Source of the DNA: Obrimoposthia wandeli
Lineage: Eukaryota
Direction: 5' to 3'
DNA length: 64,000 nt
NCBI GenBank assembly: GCA_977020255.1
Contig: CDROCS010001822.1
Span: forward strand, 124,001-188,000
The position numbers and the translations under genes were made by a program. The notes below the pieces were generated by a model. It was not told the origin of the DNA. It searched no databases and saw only the letters and a program-made list of their open reading frames with translations. Shown one piece after another: positions 13,835 through 21,600 of this stretch. Numbering within the stretch: position 1 is the stretch's first letter; each line of letters begins with the position of its first letter.

Positions 13835-14045
13835 CTAAGATAGGTAGGCCACATCAGTAGGGAGAAGTGATGACTTCGACTCAAGGCAATAAGTCACCCT
13901 CTCCCCGAGAGGAAAGATTCTCCCGAGTATGATGGCCGTTGCCACGTAAGCGTGTTGGGTGCCATGGCAATTAGCACACACCGTTACCATGTGTGCGCGC
14001 GTGTGTTTCCATGGCAACCAGTTCTCCCGAGTACGTAAAGGTAAT
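13835..14045 (+). promoter_or_regulatory. GC/CpG-rich promoter-like island with clustered RFX X-box motifs
   Basis: Full X-box GTTTCCATGGCAAC at 14005-14018, near-match GGTGCCATGGCAAT at 13958-13971, half sites GTTGCC (13938) and GTTACC (13983). TTCTCCCGAGTA occurs twice. Possible splice donor AAG|GTAATT at 14040/14041. Confidence 0.55.
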
Positions 14046-14324
14046 TATTTTGTTTAAACACGCCAAAGTCATTTTTGTTTAAACGCATCAATATTTGTGC
14101 GCACCAAATTCAAACTTTCGAGGTCAAATTTTCAAAACAATTTTTTGGCGGTTTTTCAAAATATTTTCAAAAAAATGATTTTTTGTGTAACTTTTCAAAC
14201 TTTTCAAAAAGTTAAAATTTTTGAAAACTTTAAAATATTTATATTATGCATTACTTTTATTCACAAGTAACAAATATTTATCAGAATTTAATCTTTGTGT
14301 TTTATAATATTATCCAAAGGAAAC

Positions 14325-14665
14325 TTATCCTCATCATAATCCTTCATCCTTCATCTCATCTATGTAATCCTTTATCGTAATCCGGCATCTAATTTTCATT
14401 ATCGCAATCCATCATCCTTCATTTAATCATCTTCATTACCCCAATCCATCATCCTACATCTTCATTATCGTTCAATGCAATCCTTCAACGCAATCATTCA
14501 TCATAATCCAGCATCTAATCTTCATTATCGCAATCTCTCATCCTCATCTCATCATCTTCATTATCACAATTCCTCATCCTTCATCTCATCATCTGCATTA
14601 TCGCAATCTCTCATCCTTCATCTTACCATCTCATCAGTGCCATCCTTCATCGTAATCATTCATCT
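14325..14665. repeat. Low-complexity TCATC/CATCCT degenerate repeat into which the giant element inserted
   Basis: Repeated tcatc, catcctt and cattatcgcaatc units; the same sequence type resumes at 37998. Confidence 0.75.
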
Positions 14666-14840
14666 TGTTAGGTTTAAGAATTAAGAAATTAAAATAATTT
14701 AGTCGATTAAATACTAAAATAAAAATCCTTGAAAGCAAGGTTGAAAATTAAATTAAATATTAATTTTAGATTCAAAATTGAAATTAGTGGAAGTTAGGAT
14801 AAAAATTAGGAGGACCACGAAGGTCGTGTATAGTGTAGGA

Positions 14841-14848
14841 TATATAAG
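14841..14848 (+). promoter_or_regulatory. LTR TATA box
   Basis: TATATAAG; the homologous position in the solo LTR reads ATATATATAG (43261). Confidence 0.6.
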
Positions 14849-14939
14849 GTTAGATTAATTAACCCAAAAGTGCAACAAAAAGCACATAATTAAAGGAAAA
14901 GCAAAAGGGAACAATTGAGAAAATCGAACGTCAATCAAG

Positions 14940-14989
14940 GTAAGCACTTTTTCGTGCAGTTAAATTGGAGTAACTAAATTATTTTTCAG
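14940..14989 (+). other. Predicted 50-nt mini-intron in the LTR leader
   Basis: CAAG|GTAAGC...ATTTTTCAG|C; a 54-nt equivalent occurs in the solo LTR (43818-43871). Confidence 0.6.
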
Positions 14990-15146
14990 CTGCCGCCAAA
15001 ACTCCAGTTGAAACAGCTGTCGACATTGCTGATTGACAGCCAGGAGTTGCAGAAATCGACTATAAAAGTCGTCGACCAAAAAACAAATAGACACGAAAGA
15101 AAAAATCAATATCCCAAATCTACTGAAGGGAATCGACCACATATTG

Positions 15147-15152
15147 GTAAGT
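15147..15152 (+). promoter_or_regulatory. Major 5' splice donor of the LTR leader
   Basis: TATTG|GTAAGT, a perfect consensus; the equivalent in the solo LTR is TATTG|GTAAGA (44028). Confidence 0.7.
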
Positions 15153-15200
15153 GAGATTTGGTGAAATTTGGATTAACTTATTGTAGATCACAAGTCTATT

Positions 15201-15522
15201 GCCAATATCGTTTGAAAGAAATATCGTTAAATATTGCCAATATCGTTTGAAAGAAATATCGTTAAATTTTGCCAATATCGTTTGAAAGAAATATCGCTAA
15301 ATATTGCCAATATCGTTTGAAAGAAATATCGTTAAATATTGCCAATATCGTTTGAAAGAAATATCGTTAAATTTTGCCAATATCGTTTGAAAGAAATATC
15401 GTTAAATTTTGCCAATATCGTTTGAAAGAAATATCGTTAAATGATGCCAATATCGTTTGAAAGAAATATCGTTAAATTTTGCCAATATCGTTTGAAAGAA
15501 ATATCGCTAAATATTGCCAATA
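15201..15522 (+). repeat. 35-bp tandem repeat in 5' LTR, 9 full copies plus a partial
   Basis: Unit GCCAATATCGTTTGAAAGAAATATCGTTAAAT(A/T)TT starts at 15201, 15236 ... 15481. Confidence 0.97.
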
Positions 15523-15623
15523 CATTGTTAAAAGAAGCCGATCGTCGCAATATTCCCAAACTACCTACGGATCCTGTACCGGAATTTCAAGCAGCATATA
15601 GGTAAGAACACCGACTAAAGCAT

Positions 15624-16060
15624 TCATTGCCCCTAGTTGGCAATTAGGATACATTCATTGCCCCTTGTTGGTAATTCGAAATTGTAATATATTTTAACCA
15701 TATTCATTGTCCCTAGCTGACAATTAGGATTGCTGTCTCTTTAACCAAATCATTGTCCCTAGTTGACAATTAGGATTGTCCATTTTATTCATTGTCCCCA
15801 GTTGACAATTAGGAATTGTACGAGTTTTTTCCCGTAAGATTCATTGTCTCTAGCTGACAATTCGGTTCACTCATTGTCCCTAGTTGACAATTCGGAACAA
15901 ATACTCATTGTCCCTAGTTAACAATTCGGTCCACTCATTGTCCCTAGTTGACAATTCGGAACCAACACTCATTGTCCTAGTTGACAATTCGGAGTAAGTT
16001 TTCATTGTCATCGTTGACAATTAGGTTTTTAGGAGAATCATTGTCCACAGTGGACAATTC
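15624..16060 (+). repeat. Array of 12 short palindromic units TC-ATTGTC-n6/7-GACAAT
   Basis: Units at 15626, 15657, 15706, 15752, 15791, 15843, 15873, 15907, 15937, 15971, 16004 and 16040. Confidence 0.9.
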
Positions 16061-16329
16061 GTGGTTAAATACACAACAGATAGAGTTACGGATTCAAGAA
16101 ACTTTATCCACACATAAGAAGTTGAGTCGAAGAAATTTAAGAGGGTTGCGTTATAGATTAACCAACCTAGGAAGAAGAATAACCCTAAAATCTCGATCAC
16201 CCGAACGTAAAATCGATACGTGGTTCATCCCCACTTCTTGTAGAGACTTACAGAAGTCTTAGGAATTTTACCATACTTTTTAGAGATACGTACATAAACG
16301 TATTGTTGTGTTTAGTTACGTGAATTACC

Positions 16330-16335
16330 AATAAA
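16330..16335 (+). terminator. LTR polyadenylation signal (functional copy expected at 37787-37792)
   Basis: The only AATAAA I found downstream of the TATA box in this LTR; conserved in the solo LTR (~45729). Confidence 0.6.
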
Positions 16336-16548
16336 CAATTTCCTACATTAGAACAAGTTGTTTTTGCACCCTTCAGAATAAGAGACATCGAATCAAATAC
16401 CTTCAGATAGTACAAGAGATAGGCAACCATAACACTAAGTAGGCCACGACCAACTTTAAGACCTGCTTCTAATCGAACTCACGTTGGGGCCCTCCGCATT
16501 TCAGAGGATCTGTACCAAGTTTCGTATAGAAACCCCAACATATTAAAG

Positions 16549-16566
16549 TGGTGCCCCGAGTGAGGA
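16549..16566 (+). other. Primer-binding site complementary to the 3' end of elongator tRNA-Met
   Basis: TGGTGCCCCGAGTGAGGA vs the complement of vertebrate elongator tRNA-Met 3' end (recalled) TGGTGCCCCGTGTGAGGA: one mismatch. Separated from the LTR by TATTAAAG. Confidence 0.8.
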
Positions 16567-16605
16567 TAGCTCGTCGGACACAGCGAATTCACGTGGAATA
16601 AGTTC

Positions 16606-16965
16606 AGATATTGAGAATAAGTTTCAGGTAAAAAGAATAAGTTTAGATAAGTTTCAGATAATTGAGAATAAGTTTCAGGTAAATAGAATAAGTTCAGATA
16701 AGTTTCAGATAATTGAGAATAAGTTTCAGGTAAATAGAATAAGTACAGATATTAAGAATAAGTTTCAGATATTAAGAATAAGTTTCAGATATTGAGAATA
16801 AGTTTCAGATAAATTGAGAATAAGTTTCAGATAAATTGAGAATAAGTTTCAGATAAATTGAGAATAAGTTTCAGCAGAAGAATATAGACAATTGAGAATA
16901 AGTTTCAGAAGAAGATATAAGCAAATTTAGAATAAGTTTCAGAAGAAGATATAAGTAAATTGAGA
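16606..16965 (+). repeat. Degenerate tandem repeat (~20-nt core TTGAGAATAAGTTTCAGATA) in the 5' untranslated region
   Basis: More than 12 variants of gagaataagtttcag. Confidence 0.9.
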
Positions 16966-17455
16966 TAAGAATTTGATAAGTTTTTGAGAAATCGAGTAGA
17001 TTTGTTCCTCGAAGTTAAGAATTTGATAAGTGTTGAGAAATCGGGTAGATTTGTTCCTCGAAGTTAAGAATTGATAAGTTTTGAGAAATCGGGTAGATTT
17101 GTTCCTCGAAGTTAAGAATTTGATAAGTTTTGAGAAATCGGGTAGATTTGTTCCTCGAAGTTAAGAATTTGATAAGTTTTGAGAAATCGGGTAGATTTGT
17201 TCCTCGAAGTTAAGAATTTGATAAGTGTTGAGAAATCGGGTAGATTTGTTCCTCGAAGTTAAGAATTTGATAAGTTTTGAGAAATCGGGTAGATTTGTTC
17301 CTCGAAGTTAAGAATTTGATAAGTTTTGAGAAATCGGGTAGATTTGTTCCTCAAAGTTAAGAATTTGATAAGTTTTTGAGAAATCGGGTAGATTTGTTCC
17401 TCGAAGTAAGAATTCGATAAGTTTTGAGAAGTCGAGTGGATTTGTTCCTCGAGCC
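16966..17455 (+). repeat. 49-bp tandem repeat, about 10 copies, in the 5' untranslated region
   Basis: Unit GTTAAGAATTTGATAAGTTTTGAGAAATCGGGTAGATTTGTTCCTCGAA. Confidence 0.93.
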
Positions 17456-17991
17456 AGTAAATTTGATAAAGTGAGAATCGAGTGGATTGATACTCGAAGT
17501 AATTAATTGAATAGGTTAAGTCGGGAGACTCTGTCCTCGAACTAATTAAAGAGATAAAAAATCGTAAAATAAGAATTGTGAAATAAGATAAAAATAATAA
17601 GTAAATTGATATCGTAAACGAATACATAATTGATAAGACAACGGATAATAGAAAAGGACCCGCGTATAATACTAGAAGACAAAGTCAGATTCCCAAGGAA
17701 GAGATAAATAATAATAAAGTTAACCGAATTGAACAGGTTCCCCAAACAGATAACAAAGTAACAGAAAAGACTAGAGTCGAAGAAAACGTATCAGAAAGAG
17801 ACGTAAATCAATCAGCAGTTTCAACCGATAGTTTTGATCTGACTGAGTTATTTGGTGACATAAACCCAGAAGAAATTGATAATCTTGAAGTTCAAAACCC
17901 AGAAGAAATTGAAATTGCCAATCCAGTAGTGATTGAAGAAGTTCAAGTAAATAATATTGAAGGAATAGTTGAAGACGATATAGTTGAAGAT

Positions 17992-18687
17992 ATGGCTCAC
18001 CAAGGAGCTCCACCAGATATTAATGCAGGAAATAATGTAGGTGAAATGAATGCCGAGCAGTTGGCACAAGCTTTAAATGCGACGTTGAGACCCAATTTTT
18101 CAGGATCATTGCAGATTACAAAGTTTAAAGGAGATGAGGAAAGTATTTGTGACTTCCTCGCAGAATATTCGAGTTGTGCAGATGTTCAAGGATGGAACGA
18201 TAAAGAAAAATGTGTCAGAGTACAGGCACATTTAACCGGATTAGCACTTGAAGTGTATAAACATTTGACAGAAGCAGAACGCATAGATTGGCCAACGTTG
18301 GAAAATGCTTTTATTGGAAAATTGGTATTAGGAGACTTAGCCAAAGTAAATAAGCGACTCATGAGAGAACGGAAACAGAAACATGATGAAGGCGTGAACG
18401 AATACGCGTATGTTTTGAGAACCTTGGCCGCAAGAGCGTACCCAAGAAGAATAATGAGAAATCAGGACGGTAATCCTGTAGCTCCAGAAGCACAAGCAGC
18501 GGAAAATGACCGGAACCAAAATGAAATGGCAGAGGTTTTGTTAGATATATTTAGAGGAGGATTGAAAAAGGATATTAAAGTGTTATTAGCAGTATCGGAT
18601 ACAAACGATTTTGATAACGCCGTACGAAAGGCGAGAGAGATTGAGAAAAATATAAAAATAATGCAGCATTGGCAATTTACGCAATGA
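17992..18687 (+). CDS. gag: Gag capsid portion; the frame is open from 17605 without an ATG; probably continuous with the large ORF
   Basis: ITKFKGDEESICDFLAEY...GWND...LTGLALEVY...WPTLENAF...QKHDEGVNEYAYVLRTLAARAYP...IFRGGL is a typical Ty3/gypsy capsid. Confidence 0.88.
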   Translation: MAHQGAPPDINAGNNVGEMNAEQLAQALNATLRPNFSGSLQITKFKGDEESICDFLAEYSSCADVQGWNDKEKCVRVQAHLTGLALEVYKHLTEAERIDWPTLENAFIGKLVLGDLAKVNKRLMRERKQKHDEGVNEYAYVLRTLAARAYPRRIMRNQDGNPVAPEAQAAENDRNQNEMAEVLLDIFRGGLKKDIKVLLAVSDTNDFDNAVRKAREIEKNIKIMQHWQFTQ

Positions 18688-21600
18688 CTGCAGGTGACGA
18701 CGATAAAACAAAGGTATTTGTGAATAAAACAGAACCGAGTAATTTTCAGAATCGAAATTATGGACAAAATAAGTTCGAAAAAGTAGATGAATCCAGTAAC
18801 GGAAATAGAGATAATTTCCGAAGTAGGAATCGAGATGATTCGAGAGGTAGAAATAATAGTGAGTCTTGGAACAGGAATCGAGATGATTCAAGAGGTAGAA
18901 ATAATAATGATTCGTGGAATAGAAATAGAGATGATTCCAGGAATAGATTTAATAGAGATAATTCAGGAAATCGCCAACCTTGGAGAGGAGACGATAGGAA
19001 TTATAACGCCAACAGAGGAGAGCGAAGTGACTCTCGATTTGGAAATAATACAGGAAATAGCGACGGAAGATTCAATAATCGAGGAAGCGGTTTTGAATCG
19101 AATTTCCGAAGAAATTATTTTAGAGGGCGCTATGATAATAGACAGAATAGTCGTCGAGTACAGTTCGAAGATGAACAAAATAAGATAGATATTCGAGGGA
19201 GAATAATGTGTTACACGTGTAAGCAAATGGGTCACTATTCGAGAGATTGTACGAGAAGTAAAGAGTTCGGAACTAACAGATTTGGAAATAATAATTTCGG
19301 TAATAATAATTTTGGAAATAATTATAGAGGATATAATTCACCTCCGCCATGGAATAGAGGTGGTGGATATACTCCACAGCCATGGAGACCGAATAATCAG
19401 TATACAGATAGACAACAGTCACCAGGTAGATACAATAACTATGCAGACAGACAGCAAGGAGCTGAGAGATACAATAATTACGTAGGACAGCAAGGAGCTG
19501 AGAGATATAATAATTCTGGTAGATATAATAATAATAATGTCGACAAGACAAATAGTCGTGAGAGTTCGCCGAAACCGAAAGGAAATTTCAGTTATGTAAG
19601 CGATGACAGTGATAGGAATCGCGAGACCGAACTTCGACGCGAAATAGATTTTGAAGATAGTGATAGTAAATTTGAACGAATGTTGGGAATAATTAAAGAT
19701 TCACCACATACAAAGATGGCAAATTCATCTACGTTGTCGAAACAAGAAAAAAGTCTACACTCGAGAGAAGATATGAATGATTTAATGAATAAAATACTAG
19801 AAGCGTATGAGACACCAATAGAGAAAACGTGTAACGCACAACCGATGATTGAGCATGTAGAAGCAGCGAGAAATGCTACGAGTATGGAAAATGTAAAAAA
19901 GATAATTAGTGAAGCTAAGGAGACGTTAAATCAACCGTTAGATGAAACGAGTGAAGCTCCAGAAGTTTTGGCCAAATTACAAACAATTAAAGTGCACCGA
20001 TTGGAAGAAGTGCGTGCAGAATTGGTTAAACATAGTCATGATAACTTGGATTACAAAGAAGTACCACGAGGATTATTGAAAGGTTATGGTCGTTACGTAC
20101 AGAGATCAAACCAAAAAGGAACGATGAAAATTTCACTTCGATTAATTTCCGGACAGATAATACATGAAAAACTTAACGTGTATCAAACAATGAAAACGAT
20201 TCGGAAAAAGTTAGCCGAGAAACTTGAAATTGATGGAATGAATATGTTGTTCCATTATAAAGGGAGATCACTAGATGATGAGGACGTACCAGTCGAGTGT
20301 GGATATCCGATAGGAAATGAATTAGAGGAAAAAATTGATGTCATCACTGTAGGACGTCAAGAGTTAGTAGATAATGAAGGATTAACGGAGATATTGAATT
20401 CTGCGTTAGAAATGATAAAAACGCCTATAGAAATTTTAGACAGTTCAAGCGAAAGCGGAGATAATGATGTAGCTGAAGCTTGGAACAAGACATCCACACC
20501 AGAACCGTACGTAGCTGAATTACAAGATATGAATTTAGAAAATGAGTTGACAACTCCAGTGGTCGAGGTGCCACCAGAACCAGATATAATTCAAATCAGA
20601 CAAGATGAAGTCACGGATACAGCTAACCAAGTGCGACAAAACGAAACCGTAACCCAACTAGTAGGAGAAGACGAAGTCTCCGAGATTGTAGATTTGGATT
20701 CACCAATTTGGCATGCCGCATACAGAGATAGACAAGCAGAGCAAATGATGCGACAAAATGAAGAGATTGGCCATGAAGAAGGACCAAGTCACGAGATACA
20801 GTATAATGGTGAACCGTATGATCCAGGAGAGAATCAAACTGAGTATCAGTATTTTCGAAGAGGACCTGGAAGACCTAGAAAAGGCGAAAGTATATTACGA
20901 AATGTTCTAACTGCACCACAAACTGATGAAGAGAGACATCTAAGTATTGGACAGTTAGCAGCGTCATTAGAGCAGTATAGTGCAGAGAGGAATGAAGATA
21001 TCAGAGGTGATATGAATTCGGAAACTCCAAGTAGTAAAGATATACTTACGGGAATTCTCAGGCAAGTGAAGCCGAAGTTGTTTAAAATGTACAGAGATGA
21101 AACAACCGATATAACAGACAATTTGACTAAAGCAGTTAGATCACAAATGTCTGCAGTAAAGAGAATGACTGCGAATCATGTATACCATGCATCCATAGAT
21201 AGATTCTATGACGGTGAAGTTTTAGCGAGATTATGTGGAAACCAAACTACAAATAAAAAGTTAATTACAGCGATCACATATCTATGTTTCCAATTGACGG
21301 AACGAACGAGCCAACCTCACGAAGTCAAACAAGGAATAAATGAAGCGATGTATTTGATCGAGAATGTATTACAGAGACGAATTGACGAAAATGGAGGTTG
21401 GGCAAAATTAAGTGACTACGCTAAAACCATTTTGGAAATGAATGAAGACGATGACGAACAATGTCATGAGAATCGTCAAAAGGAAAATAAACAATACCGT
21501 CCGAAAGAGAGAAACAATCAACCAAATATGTCCACAACAATGATGATGATGATGTTAGTAATGTTTATGGGAATGCAACAGGCATCAGGATTGATAGCAT

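Larger units (their letters stand above)
14666..16540 (+). repeat. 5' LTR (1,875 bp)
   Basis: Matches 35944-37997; TG...CA ends; directly followed by the PBS region. Confidence 0.97.

Noticed and set aside
14475-14684. His/Ser-rich 69-aa ORF
   Set aside because: Translation of the TCATC low-complexity repeat.
15624-16060. CRISPR-like appearance of palindromic repeats with variable spacers
   Set aside because: Eukaryotic LTR context, spacers are short and related to each other, no cas genes, and the array is duplicated in both LTRs.
16036-16060. CAGTG loop resembling an iron-responsive element
   Set aside because: The flanking bases do not form the 5-bp upper stem with a bulged C around a CAGUGN loop; only one of 12 units has it.
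15981-16262. 93-aa ORF present in both LTRs (also 37438-37719), and minus-strand LTR ORFs
   Set aside because: Non-ATG start, partly built from repeat units, no domain, and not preserved in the sister solo LTR; identity between copies only reflects LTR duplication.
17259-17627. Minus-strand 122-aa ORF with repeated peptide
   Set aside because: Translation of the 49-bp tandem repeat.
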